Shown here one piece after another: positions 12,655-26,829 of a stretch of 64,000 nt of DNA (position 1 is its first letter; each line of letters starts with the position of its first letter). Position numbers and translations under genes: made by a program. The stretch comes from Octopus vulgaris (Eukaryota), in the NCBI GenBank assembly GCA_951406725.2, contig OX597823.1:110608001-110672000 (forward strand), written 5' to 3'. The notes beneath the pieces are model-generated. The model was not told where the DNA came from, ran no database searches, and saw only the letters and a list, made by a program, of their open reading frames with translations.

Positions 12655-13063
12655 AGGTGCAGGAGTGGCTGTGTGGTAAGTAGCTTGCTTACCAACGACA
12701 TGGTTCCGGTTTCAGTGCCACCGTGTGGCACCTTGGGCAAATGTCTTCTTCTATAGCCTAAGGCTGACCAAAGCCTTGTGGGTGGATTTGGTAGATGGAA
12801 ACTGAAAGAAGACTGTCGTATATATGTATATATGTGTGTATGTGCATGTATGTGTTTGTGTATCTGTGCTTATCCCCCAGCATTGCTTGACAACCGATGG
12901 TAGTGTGTTTACATCCCTGTAACTTAGCAGTTCGTCAAAAGAGACTGATAGAATAAGTACTAGGCTTACAAAGAATAAGTCATGGGGTCGATTAGCTTGA
13001 CTTAAGGTGGTGCTCCAGCTTGGCCACAGTCACATGACTGAAACACGTAAAAGAGTAAAGAGT
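12655..13063 (+). mobile_element. SINE family A
   Basis: Full-length match to other family A copies. Confidence 0.9.
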
Positions 13064-13734
13064 ATAACTATGTTGTCCAAAGTGCCCTTCATTTTTTTAT
13101 ATAGTATGACATGATTTAAAGAAGATTTGATTACTATTTTTACCAAAAGTGAGCAATCCTATAAAGAATCCATTCTTGGCTCTTGCTAATAGTGTTAATT
13201 GTGGTTGTGGTGTTGTAAGTTTTGCTGTTATTTTTCAGCCTCCAAACCTGCCCTGATCCCTTAGAAATTTGATTATAGACACTCCAGTCATGACTGCTTA
13301 GTTTCTTATTTTAGACACAATGCCTCTTCAACAACCTTCTCCAAGTTGTTCTTTTTTCTTCACTTTATAAAGAGTCGGGTGAGACTTCAAGAAGATTTGG
13401 TTGCTATTTCTTGCAGGTTAAGAAATTATACAGTCCCTCCATTTGTTACAATGTTTTGTTATTTAGTTCTGAGTCAGCCCTGACTGAACTGACTAATGAT
13501 TAATGGTTATCCAAACATGAAGATTCCATCTTTTCAGGAATATGTTGGACCACAGAATAATGTGTCCTCTCATGTAGAAGACAAAGATATGATTTGAAGG
13601 ATTTCTGCTTGTGATTTCTAGCCAGTTAAATGGCCACATAGAGAGTTCCTTAAATGCTTCTGGTAACAGGTAAATGGTGGCGGTGTGGTTGAAGATAGGC
13701 CAAAGATAATAGGTAGAAAGATATAATAGGCAAG

Positions 13735-14024
13735 ATAGAGAAATAGAGAGGAGGGGATATAGAAGGCAGATAGAGAGATAGACAGATAGATAGAAAGAGA
13801 GAGAGAGATAGAGAACAAGAGATAGAGGGAAAAGAAAGAGGGAGAGAGAGAGAGAGAGAGAGAGACGAACAGAATGACCGATTTATGAAAGAGAAAGAAA
13901 GAGAGGGGAAACAAAGAAGAGAAACAAAAAATGATATATACACACATATATATACATGCACACACACACACACATATATGTCTGTGTGTGTGTATATATA
14001 TATATATGTATATAAATATATATA

Positions 14025-14089
<65 letters not shown>

Positions 14090-14687
14090 GAGAGAGAAAG
14101 GAGGAAAGAGAAACACAGAAATAGGTAAATAAGCATATGAGCAAGAAAAGAGAAAGAGAGAGAGGGTGAGAGAGAGGAGCGGATAGGCATACAGATAGAC
14201 ACAAATACAAAGAGGTAAAGAGAAAGAGAATAAGAGAAAGTGCAAGGCAGACTGGTCTATGGAAGAAGAAGAAGAAGAAGAGGAGAAGAAGAAGAAGAAG
14301 AAGAAGAAGAAGGGGGAGGGGGAGGAGAAGAAGAAGAAGAAGAAGAAGAAGAAGAAGAAGAAGAAGAAGAAGAAGAAGAAGAGTGAAAGAGAGAAACAGG
14401 GAGATGTATAAAAAGGGAGAGGCATATAGACACACACAGACAGACATATAAAGATAGAGCGAAAGAGCGACATCATCATCATCATCATCATCGTATAGAG
14501 GAAAAGAGAAGATGGAGAAGAAGTAAGAGGAGAGAAAGAAGAAGGAGAAACAAAAGGTTTACAAAGTAAATTAGGAAGTCCATTACGACTTATTCGTAAT
14601 TCCATCAAACATAATTGAAAACGTAAAAATCAATAAAGAGAATAAATAGAAAACAAAAATATAAAGCACAAAAACAATTATTAATAA

Positions 14688-14770
<83 letters not shown>

Positions 14771-14790
14771 TAATAATAATGATAATAATT
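13735..14790. repeat. Compound microsatellite block: (GA)n, (TA)n, (GAA)n, (CAT)n, (TAA)n
   Basis: Direct reading. Confidence 0.9.
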
Positions 14791-15496
14791 ACTCTCAGGA
14801 AATATTTCCATTTAACAATACAAAGAAATTTATAATGAAGATTCCAAAGAAAAATGGTATAGCAATCATTGAAGTTATAGACATTTGAAAATAATATATT
14901 TACAATGATTAAAATGATTTGCTGTGTCTAATGTTTTGTAGTTGTTGTTTTGTGTTTTATTTTATTTTGTTTTATTATTTATTTATGTTGCGTTTGTTGT
15001 TGTTGACCATTGGTGTCTAGGTTTGGTATACTTTGTATTAAATACACAATCATGTTTCTTTTTTTGTGTGTGTGTTTGTGTGTATATGTGTATACATATA
15101 TAAAATATATTTTATTTTTTTATGTATTTTATGTGTGCGTGTACATATATATATACATACATACATATATATATATTTATATATATACATGTACACACAC
15201 ACACACACATATATATATACACACATACTTTATACATACATATATAGATGTATGACAATTTATGTGTGTGTGTGTGTGTGTGTGTATAAATGTTTATTTG
15301 TAACAAATTCAATTTTTCTTCTATATAAATGGTTTAAAATGAAACACATTAAAAAGAAATTTTTGTAACATGAAAATTTTAATGACATCAGACAGGTGTC
15401 AGTTGATGGGTGTATTTAATTTATGTATACAATGGTATAATATAAATGTTTTCTCTTGTGTGTGGGTGTGCCTGAGCACAACACAAACACACACAC

Positions 15497-15572
<76 letters not shown>

Positions 15573-16446
15573 TATGTAGAAATATAAACTATATATGACA
15601 ATATATATATAAAATATATATGCATGCGTATTTTTGCAAGCATGTATGTATATGTATATGTGAGTGTGTATATGTATGTATATATGTATAAGTAATGATT
15701 TCAATAAATCATGAAAAAGTTGTTTTCATACAAATAAAAGCTATATATCTTTCTTCAATTCAATCTTTTTTAATTTTGAGAACAAAACGAAATAAAATAA
15801 ATTATTGATTTTATTTCTCTTACGAAGAAGTAAACGATCAGTAATTATGCTGTCTCCTAAAATACATTAACAGATTTTGAAATGGGGCTATTTATTTGGA
15901 CATTGTTTATGGCGAAAGTCTTTTATTTTTTTTAAATATGAGAAATCCAGTATTCATGGAATCAAGCATTTTGCTTTGTTACATCATAGTAGTTCTTAGG
16001 TATGTTAAGGGCCAAATCAGCTGAAAAAGGTTTTATACCTTTATTTCAGGTCATTTGTCCTTTGATTGATAGGGAAAGATTTTGGAGGATGCATGTATGT
16101 CCTTTAAATCTTTTAGAATTTTGCTTTGTTTTCTTAAGTTACATGGCACCCAAATATCTAGGGTTTGTAGTCTTTTGTTACATATGTACAAGGACCATTG
16201 TCTGTGACCAAGATGCTCCCTTTTTATTTGTAGCATCTGAAGAAAGGTGCATTGCCTTTGACTTTTGTGAGTGCTCCAAAACCAGAGAGCTTCATGCATT
16301 AATGTTCCATTCAAACTATTATCAGTCAACACCAGTAAAAAGACACAAGCAGAGTGATCACTCCAGAAGGTTTATTTTCTGAGAAGGAATGATTAGGCAT
16401 ATTAGTTAGGCTTTTTTCTTCCTCAAGTGGCAGCAACAGAAACAAC

Positions 16447-16680
16447 ATCATCATCATCATCATCATCATCGTTTAGCATCCACTTTCCATGTTAGCATGG
16501 GTTGGACGGTTTGACTAGGACTGGTGAGCCAGAGGCTGCACCAGGCTCAATCTGATCTGGCAAAGTTTCTACAGCTGGATGCCCTTCCTAACGTCATCCA
16601 CTCTGAAAGTGTAGTGAGTGCATTCTGCATGCCACTGGCACAAGGGCCAATCAGGCGGTTCTGGCAACGACCTGGCTCAA
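16447..16680 (-). mobile_element. RTEX-like LINE 3'-tail fragment with (ATG)n tail
   Basis: (cat)n-cgttta..tcc.ctttccatg.tagcatgggttgg motif. Other copies at ~17828-18042, 46971-47148 and 62591-62680. Confidence 0.75.
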
Positions 16681-17354
16681 ATTCTTTTTGTTTAATTCTG
16701 GGACAAACATTTTGGCTAATGTTCAAACTAAGTGATTGGTTTTTAGCTTTGGTAATGTTATTGGAACCACTAAGATTTTTTTCAATTTCATGAAAGTTTG
16801 TCAAGGACAGAGTTTGCCTCAGGATATTCACATTTGACGGGATTATGTAATGCTTTTAGTTGAGCTTCTGATAACTTAGATCACCTACAAATTTTATCAA
16901 TGATGACTCTTAGCAGCTGATAGCTGTCATAGGCAAAATCCATTTAGAACTTGTCTTCCGAGGGGGACTAGAGGCATAAAGAATCATAATATGTTCAGTG
17001 GTCAAGGTAATGACCAACGAGCACCCAGTCTGTCGAGAGTGTCCCGGTGTCCCCTCTCACCTGTTTTGTACCATTAACACCTGTGTCTACACTGTTGAAT
17101 TTTGAACATTTCCAACACATAAAGCTGGTACCTGCATCCATTGGTGACATTACCAATATGGGGTCTGATATTTTAGAACTGAGGTGATTTGCATCTATCT
17201 GGAATATATATGTGTTGGTAATAATAGCAGAAATTGAATCTTTATTGTAAAATATGGAGGCGAATGGATACAGAAGGTTGGTAACTATATACCCTGTTGA
17301 TATCACCCATAAGAGGTTTGACACATTGGATGTTGAAGTGATCAGCATCAGTCT

Positions 17355-17653
17355 TTTCCTTCTCAAGCCACGCCTGGCTCATAAGGGCTGGTTTCCCAGT
17401 TTCCTTGGTGTATAGGTTCCCCACCTGGATGGTTGGGCCGGCCTGTCGCAGGTGAGCTGCAAGATGCATGAGGAAAGAGTGAGAGAAAGTTGTGGCGAAA
17501 GAGTCAGCAGAAGTTCGCCATTACCTTCTGCCGGAGCCGCGAGGAGCTTATATGTTTCGCTCATAAATACATACATCGCCTGGTCTGAGATTCGAACCCA
17601 CGACCCCTTGACCATGAGTCCGCTGCTCTAACTACTAGGCCATGTGCCTCCAC
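17355..17653 (-). mobile_element. SINE family B (tail type 2) with 14-bp TSD
   Basis: TSD ATCAGCATCAGTCT at 17341-17354 and 17654-17667. Confidence 0.92.
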
Positions 17654-19524
17654 ATCAGCATCAGTCTGAGAAAATATGAGATGGTACTAGGAGCAGAAAT
17701 TAACCAAGACTTGTCAGTAGACTTATTTCTTGGCTCATTAATGCAAGTATTTCTTACTAAAGCAAGTGTACTATCTATGTCTTTGGAGTTTGGTTCTCTC
17801 TAAACCTTCTGGTGGTCAAGCACTGACATCATCATCATCATCATCATCATCATCGTTTAACGTCCGCTTTCCATGCTAGCATGGGTTGGACGATTTTGAC
17901 TGAGGGCTGGCGAACCAGATGGCTGCACAAGGCTCCAATCTTGATTTGGCAGAGTTTCTATGGCTGGCTATGGCTGGATACCCTTCCTAACACCAACCAC
18001 TCCGAGAGTGTAGTGGGTGCTTTATATGTGCCACCGGCACATGATGTGAGGAATAGAATTTGAGAAGAAACAGTCAGAAAATTATGCATGTGTTTAACAT
18101 GAGTCTTTCTGATTAAAATTATGTTTAAACAAGTAGATAGATATATAAATAAATAAAGAAAGAAAGTAAACTAGTCGAAAGGACTTCTAAAAAATAATAA
18201 ATACGATCTGTTGTTAGAGAGAAAACAGAAGATGTAGTAGATGTGATGCGGTATAGCAAGACATGCTGGGCCTAAAACAAATTAGATGATGAAAGATTGG
18301 TACATACAAAGTTATGACATAAAACAGACCTTGTTAACACTTGATGGTATAGAAAGATAAATGTTAAAACAATGAGAACATTGATGACGATGCTGCTGCT
18401 GCTGATGATGATGATGATAACGATGACAATGGCAAGGATAACAATGACAGTGGTGGTGGCAGGGGTGACAGATGTGCTGGTGGTGGTGGTGGTGGGGTCA
18501 TTGATATCGATGATGAACAAGGAGGAAAAGGAGAAAGAAGTGGAAGAATATAATTAAGTTGAGAAAAATGTTAAAAAAAAACAACAAACAAAAAAACAAG
18601 ATTAGCTTTTAGATTATTTATTTAGGAATCAGAATGAAATTAAAAATAATATTTAAAAAGGAACAAAATGTATGATAGGAATATTGTTTATCGCTTCTGA
18701 TGGGCTCGGCTTGAAATTCTGTAAAAAAAGTATTTTTTCTTCATTCCATGGCTCCAAAAAATATACTTCTGTTATTACATTTACCAATATTACTATTGCC
18801 AAGACTGACCACTTCTTGTCTGCTTAAAATCTAGAGAGTCTTCATAAAGAGTCACTGTGGCTACCAGCATTTAAGATCTTATAAATAAATTCTACAAAAA
18901 TATCCTTGTGCTGACTTTAAAACTATAAATCATATTTATTTTCAATATCATTTACATTGTTTATATTTTATTAAAAAAAAAATGATTAATGGTTAACACA
19001 CATCTCCTTTACAATATTATTGTTCTTACAATTATTATTATTTTTATTATTATTATTTTTATTATTATTATTATATATATAAGAAAAAGAAAATTCTTCT
19101 TCAACTGACTCATTTCATATATTATTTTCTGGAAGTTGATTAAATTCTATATTGAGAGTTTCTACATATCAAATATTTGGTATTTGTGAACTAGTTTCTC
19201 TCTCTCTTTTCTCTCTCTCTCTCGCTCTCTCTGTATATGCATGTGTATGTGTGTGTTCATGTGTGTGTGTGTTTATGCATGTATGTGTATGTACATATGT
19301 GAGATAGGTCGTGACTGCTTACTGAGAAAAATTGCCACAAACTTAGAAAAAGATCTCGTTACCAGTTTACTACGAAGGAGAGTATGATACATAAAATTTA
19401 ATTTGATTTTAGAGTAAGCAGTTTAGATATTTCACTTAATATATATATATGTGTGTGTGTATACATATGTTTCTATACACACACATATCTATATATATGT
19501 ACATGTATACATACATATATATAT

Positions 19525-19835
19525 CACCATGATCACCGTGACCGACCAGGCTATCAGATGTTGTTACACATCGCTGGTCACAATGCGCTTTGCATTGTTT
19601 TAGCCTTCAAATGACGCCACCCTGCTGGCTAAGCAAGCAGGCCAACAGAAGAAAGAGTGAGAGAAAGTTGTGGTGAAAGAGTACAGCTGGGATCGCCACC
19701 ACCCCCTGCTGGAGCCTTGTGGAGCTTTAGGTGTTTTCGCTCAATAAACACTCACAACGCCCGGTCTGGGAATCGAAACCACGATCCTATGACCGCGAGT
19801 CTGCTGCCCTAACCACTGGGCCATTGCGCCTCTAC
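19525..19835 (-). mobile_element. SINE family B (tail type 3)
   Basis: Same head and body as 3363-3720 but a different 3' tail. Confidence 0.85.
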
Positions 19836-19846
19836 ACACACAAATA

Positions 19847-19899
<53 letters not shown>

Positions 19900-19919
19900 A
19901 AGAGAGAGAGACAGATAGG

Positions 19920-19952
<33 letters not shown>

Positions 19953-20485
19953 GATGAAGGCATCAAGACATGGAAACAATGCCAAAGCTGACACTGGATC
20001 TTGAAGGTGTTTAGACTCCAACAAAATCAATACAATTGGAAATATACTCATTTGAAACTTGTCCCAGTTTACCTGTTACTCCCTGTATACACACACACAC
20101 ACACACACATGTGAGTGTGTGTATTTGAGTGGGATGAGGGTGTAAGCGTATTATTTTAGTAAATTTCTTTAAAGTTTAATGTGGCAACAAAATTGATAGG
20201 GACATCCCAATAGCTAGATTTTTAGCCAAACGTAAGCCTCCATCAAGCAGATTTGTGATCACAGACATTTCAGTTGTTACTTTCTTGGATTTACTCTTTG
20301 TACACCCCAAAATATATTGTCTTATATACACTTCTTTGATTAAAATGGTAGGATGAAACTTGAAGATGATTCAGCTGCTAGTTTTAGCAGTTGCATCATC
20401 TGTATAGAATCAAGGTTGCTCAAACAATATTATAAACTCTCCCATAAGCAAAGCGCCTTAACTACCATATACACACATAGTTGTT

Positions 20486-20760
20486 TGTTCCTTCTCTAGC
20501 CACGCCTGGCTCATAAGGGCCAGTTTCCTGGTTTTCTTGGTATATAGGTTCCCCAACTTGATGGGATGCTGGTCCGTCGCAGGTGAGCTGCAAGATGCAG
20601 GAGTAAAGAGTGAGAGAAGGCTGTGGTGAAAGAGTCAGCAAAAGTTTGCCATTACCTTCTGCCAGAACTGCATCGAGCTTAGGGGTTTCGCTCATATACA
20701 CACATCACCTGGTCTGAGATTCAAATCCGTGATCCCTCGACCACGAGGCCATGTGCCTCT
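20486..20760 (-). mobile_element. SINE family B (tail type 2)
   Basis: Matches 17355-17653. Confidence 0.85.
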
Positions 20761-20902
20761 GCTATATACACATAGAGTATACATAAATCAGCATAGAATT
20801 TGAGAACTTCTTGGGCAACTGCCAATTATACCCATTTCTGAAGACAACACTGCATGGGTCTGCCATATTTACTGTGTGTAGATTCCTATATTGGTTTCGT
20901 AT

Positions 20903-21068
20903 AGGTGCAGGTGTGGCTGTATGGTAAGTAGCTCACTTCCCAACCACATGGTTCCAGGTTCAGTCCCACTGCTTCGAACCTTGAGCAAGTGTCTTCTACT
21001 ATAGCCTCAGGTTGACCAAAGCCTTGTGAGTGGATTTGGTAGACATAAACTGAAAGAAGCCTGTTGCT

Positions 21069-21102
<34 letters not shown>

Positions 21103-21433
21103 TATTTCTATATCTATCTATCTATCTATCTATCAGTCTGTTTGTCTGTTTGTATGTATATATGTATGTATGCATGTCTCTATGTGTTTGTCCCCCCACC
21201 ATTGCTTGACAACCAATGCAAGAGTATTTACATCCCCCTTGTAACTTAGCGCTTTGACAAAGAGACCGATAGAATAAGTACTAAGTATTAGGCTTCATTT
21301 GTTACAACTGGGGATCTTTTCGGTTTGACCGGCAGTTTTTAAAAATAAGTCCTGGGGTCAACTTGTTTGACTAAAGGAGGTGCTCCAGCATAGCCACAGT
21401 CAAATGACTGAAACAAGTAAAAGAATAAAAGAA
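20903..21433 (+). mobile_element. SINE family A variant with an extra internal segment (~21290-21345)
   Basis: Family A head and tail, plus an inserted 'ggcttcatttgttacaactggggatc...' segment. Confidence 0.85.
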
Positions 21434-21464
21434 TCTCTCTGCATGTGTATTTCAAATTCTCGAT

Positions 21465-22142
21465 CAGTGGTTCCCAACTGCTTTTTCACTTATGGACCCC
21501 TTAGATTTTTTATTTTACTCTATGGGACCCCATAGTCATTTGTTTATGAAAAAAACTCTTTCCGTATTTTTATAATTAAATAATATCAAGAATTGTATAA
21601 AAATATCACAATATTTTTGTATATTGTGTAACCAGTTTAGGTGCAGGAGTGGCTGTGTGGTAAGTAGCTTGCTTACCAACCACATGGTTCCGGGTTCAGT
21701 CCCACTGAGTGGCACCTTGGGCAGGTGTCTTCTACTATAGCCTCGAGCCGACCAAAGCCTTGTGAGTGGATTTGGTAGACGGAAACTGAAAGCCCATCGT
21801 ATATATGTATATATATATATATATATATGTGTGTGTGCGTGTATGTCTGTGTGTCTGTGTTTGCCCCCCTAGCATTGCTTGACAACCGATGCTGGTGTGT
21901 TTACGTCCCCGTCACTTAGTGGTTCAGCAAAAGAGGTCAATAGAATAAGTACTGGGCTTACAAAGAATAAGTCCCGGGGTCGAGTTGCTCCATTAAAGGC
22001 GATGCTCCAGCATGGCCGCAGTCAAATGACTGAAACAAGTAAAAGAGTAAAAGAGAGTAAAGAGTTTATTATGCATAAATTTTAACAGCAGAATCTAATA
22101 TGGAATCTTAAGGGCCATATGGACCCCAGCTGAGAAACATTG
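21465..22142. mobile_element. hAT-like MITE with a nested SINE A
   Basis: CAGTGGTTCCCAA...GAGAAACATTG termini; 8-bp TSD TTCTCGAT/TTCTAGAT (7/8 match). Confidence 0.75.
21639..22064 (+). mobile_element. SINE family A
   Basis: Full-length copy. Confidence 0.9.
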
Positions 22143-23257
22143 TTCTAGATTGACAATTAGAAGAAGATTATCAAGAACAAGATATTTTTGCTGGTTGATC
22201 ATTATTTTTAAATAAGCAATCACAGATTATTGCTTATTGCACTACAATACAGCAACCAAAACAAAACTCGAGGAACAGCATTAGTTGACTGCATTAAAAT
22301 TTCCATAGCAGTGGGTGTTGCCTTGCTAGTTATTTGATAGCCTCGATCATGAAGGTACAAAACTAAAGTACCCAGTACACTCTGTAAGGGTATTGGTTTT
22401 CTGAAAAGCATTCAGCCATGCCAGTGCAGACACGGGACCTCTGCAGTGTTGAATCCTGTTGAACCATTCAATCCATTTCAGCATGGAAGATGGAGCTTAA
22501 ATAACGATGATAAATATTTGAGTCTATATTTACAGATTTATACACACACACACACACGCACACACACACACACAAACACAAACACATATGTGCATGTGTG
22601 TATGTTTGTGTGTGTGCGTCTGTTTATATATGTGTGTGCTTTCTTTTCTTTCTTACATATACTGCAGTTGTTGCTTCTGGCTTAATTTTGTTCTTGATAT
22701 TATTGCCTTTTAAGATTGTTATTGTTTTGTTTTATATTTAGAATATGTGCAATTTGATTATTGGAAAACATAAATATGTATACACTCATCTATACAGACG
22801 TATAAACACATAGACATAAATATTGTTTTTGTTTGACCATTTTTGTGTTGTGGGTAAGGTTTATTTATAGAAGAAAAACTTTGGTGCCTTTATCACATTA
22901 TAAAACTATTTCATATCTTTGCTTGTTAACGTTTGATCCTAATCAGACTTCAACTATTTTACAATAAATTTTTATGATTTCTATACAGTGTATATCTATG
23001 TCTGTCAGTGCATATATAAATGCAATTATGTGTATGTATATGAGAGTGTGTGTATGCGTGTATGTGTGTGCATTGTGTGTGTACATGTACATGCATGTGT
23101 GTGCTTGTGTTTCAGTGTCTATAAATATCACTTATTCTTGTTTTCTTTCAAAGTAAAATCTATCTTATCAGTTGTCCATAAAACAAAACTGGGAAAACAA
23201 ATTTCTGCGCAAAATGGTAATTAAGATTAAAAAATGAGAAAACATAATGAAAATATA

Positions 23258-23664
23258 TACTCTTTACTCTTTTTACTCTTTTACTTGTTTCAGTCATTTG
23301 ACAGCGGCCATGCTGGAGCACCATCTTTAATCGAGGAAATCGACCACAGGACTTATTATTTGTAAGCCTAGTATTTATTCTATCGGCCTCTTTTTGCTGA
23401 ACCGATAGGTTACGGGGACGTAAACACACCAGCATCGGTTGTCAAGCGATGTTGGGGGGACAAACACAGACACACAAACACACACACATATATATATATA
23501 CATATATATGACGGGCTTCTTTCAGTTTCCGTCTACCAAATCCACTCACAAGGCTTTGGTCGGCCCAAGGCTATAGTAGAAGACACTTTGCCATGCAGTG
23601 GGAGTGAACCCGGAACCACGTTGTTCGGAAGCAAGCTACTTAACACACAACCACTCCTGCGCCT
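23258..23664 (-). mobile_element. SINE family A
   Basis: Reverse complement of a near full-length copy. Confidence 0.9.
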
Positions 23665-24016
23665 ATATAATAAATAATTTTACAGCAACAACAGTTATGA
23701 ACTACCATTTCTCATTTGTCTTTTTCTCTCCTCTTTTTTTCTCCCCCTCTCTCTCTCCCTTTGCGCCTGTATGTGTGTGTGTGTGTGTATAGTCAAGTAC
23801 ATATAAGTGTGTGTACATTTATAAACATATATATGTGCATGTGTGTAACATGTCTGAATATGTATGTGTGTGTTTGTATCATGTATGTATGTAAGTGTGT
23901 GCTTATGAGTGTGTGTGTGTGTGTGTGTGTGTGTTTATATATTTATACAGGTAACCCTGCATTATGTCTACCCAGGTTATGGGTTTTTATGATCAAGTAT
24001 ATTATAAAATCTAAAT

Positions 24017-24430
24017 AGGCACAGGAGTGGCTGTGTGGTAAGTAGCTTGCTAACCAGCCACATGTTTCCGGGTTCAGTCCCACTGCATGGCATCTTGGGC
24101 AAGTGTCTTCTGCTATAGCCCCGGGCCGACCAATGCTTTGTGAGTGGATTTGGTAGATGGAAACTGAAAGAAGCCTGTCGTATATATGTATATATATATA
24201 TATGTATGTATGTGTGTGTGTTTGTGTATCTGTGTTTGTCCCCCTAGCATTGCTTGACAACCGATGCTGGTGTGTTTATGTCCCCGTCACCTAGCGGTTC
24301 GGCAAAAGAGACCGATAGAATAAGTACTGGACTTACAAAGAATAAGTCCCGGGGTCGAGTTGCTCGATTAAAGGCAGTGCTCCAGCATTGCCGCAGTCAA
24401 ATGACTGAAACAAGTAAAAGAGTAAAGAGT
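24017..24430 (+). mobile_element. SINE family A
   Basis: Full-length copy. Confidence 0.9.
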
Positions 24431-25589
24431 ATTTTCAGATAGGGTCTATAATTTCTGCCTTTTTAAAGCTCAAATAACTTTAACCATTTAAAATCAACAC
24501 TTTCTCTGTATCTAAAAGATTACTTCTGGTTGTGTTAGATCAAAGTATATTCAACAATTTGAAATAAATCTGTAATCTTGGCACATACATATACATAAAT
24601 ATATTTATATACATGTGTGTGTGTGTCTTTGTATATCTTCCTGGGTCACAATGTCTATCTATCTTTCTACCTATCTATGTATTTGTGTGTGTGTGTGTGT
24701 GTGTGGTGTGAATGTAATAAATCAGGCTTCACCACCACCGTTAATTATCATTAAGACCAAATGATAATTTGGTGTTAATACAATCATTGCCATTACCATC
24801 CCACCAACTCCTTAACGAATAACAACAACTGCAATAAGATAAGCAATTTCATCTGAAATAAAAGACAATGACACGAAATAATGGGTACTCTGGTGTATTT
24901 TAAAAGTTGAATTAAATCCCTTTGATCTGAGATCAATGAGGATTGACTTAAGACTCACAGCAACAACAATACGCTTAGCAAGACCAATAGGAACACTGTC
25001 ATCACTTACAATATTTCCCATCATTGCCACCACCATCAGCAACACCACCATCGCCTCTACCACCAACACCATTACCTAATCAGCTTTTGAGTAACCTACT
25101 GGTTTCAACATTAACAGTATCAGAATCATTGCACTGTCTGTTGCAAATGGAGTGTAACTGTGCGAATGAAAGAGAGAGAGGGAGAGAGGGGGATGGAGTC
25201 TGAGCGAAGGGTATGATGTTTTTATGGCTTAAGCATAGCTGTAAGGGGTGAAGTGCTCATTAATTTGTTAACCCTACAAATACAAATAATGAGAAAGTAT
25301 TTTATCCACTTTACTCATTCACTCTTTCATTTGCTCAAATTTACTCTTACACCCATAAGAATGTGACAATTTCTTATTAATTCATAAGAAATCCAGCTAG
25401 TTGTTCTAAATGACATGCACAAAATATATTGGGCACATGTATATACACAAAAATACATATGCTGATAATATATACCCACTTAGGTGTCTAAAAAAATAGA
25501 ACCTTAGACATACACACAACGGAAAGATAGAACTGCATAAGTGTCCATAAACTTAAACATACCCACAAAATACATACACCAGCGTTATT

Positions 25590-25890
25590 TTTTTTCCTTC
25601 TCGAGCCATGCCTGGTTCCTAAGGGCCAGTTTCCCGTTTTCCTTGGCATATAGGTTCCCCACCTGGACAGGATGCCGGTCTGTCGCAGGTGAGCTGCAAG
25701 ATGCAGGAGGAAAGAGTAAGAGAAAGTTCTGGTGAAAGAGTCAGCAGAAGTTCACCGTTACCTTCTGCTGGAGCTGCATAGAGCTTAGGTGTTTCGCTCA
25801 TAAACACACGCATCGCCTGGTCTGAGATTCAAACCTGTGATCCCTCGACTGTGAGTCTGCTGCTCTAACCATTAGGCCATGTGCCTCCAC
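25590..25890 (-). mobile_element. SINE family B (tail type 2)
   Basis: Matches 17355-17653. Confidence 0.85.
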
Positions 25891-26829
25891 TCCAACGTAA
25901 TTTAGGGTTGTGTGTATACTCATACATAACCACAAATGCTCATTTTTTAAATCGGCACAGCAAATGGAATCAGAATTTTCTAAATATCTCAGGTGTTCTA
26001 CATAGACTGAATCACTTTTCTCAATTAGTAACTGCAATAAGATAGAAATAGAAGTACAAAGAAGAAATTAAGAAATTTTTTCCATAATATTAGCTTTCCA
26101 ATCTCTTTAGAGAAAAGTTTAAATTTGCTAACTTACAGGACATTACATGAGAATTAAATACTTGTCTTTGTTATCTATTTCACAAACCCAACAGGAATCT
26201 AAATTATGTCAGCAGATTTTCCAATCATCCAAATGCTATAACTAGTTCCATTATTAAAGGTGTTTCAAATAGAATAAATTATCTGCCATTTAGAAAACTT
26301 TTAAATGCATGCGAATTATTAGGATGAGGAACTGAGTAAAACTGAATACAAAGAAACTGTGTTCCAGACATAGATACTTTATAAATTAAAACAGATATAC
26401 ATAATACATGATTAAATGTACATCACTATGATTATGAAAATAGAAATTAAAAAGGTAGAAGGTGAATATACTTCATCCGGTACTAGTACAAATTATAAAG
26501 ACACAAGTGTTACACTTAATTCTGCATTTGATAATATAAATGCATGTGAAATTAATATCCATAATTTTTCAAAGCAGTGCCCCAGCATTGCAGACAAATG
26601 ACTGAATCAAGTAAAAGATAAAAGATAAAAGATATAGTAAAATGTCTAATAACTTTAATGACAATGTAAAATGTAAGGCTTTACATAAACCTACACTTTT
26701 CTGATATAAATAAACATACTAATAATAAATCATCTTACGAGAATTCCCAGTAAGATGAAGTAGATGAACCTCCTGGTAGATAAAATAATCATACCTTTCC
26801 CTACTCTTTAAATACCCTGCCTAGGAATG

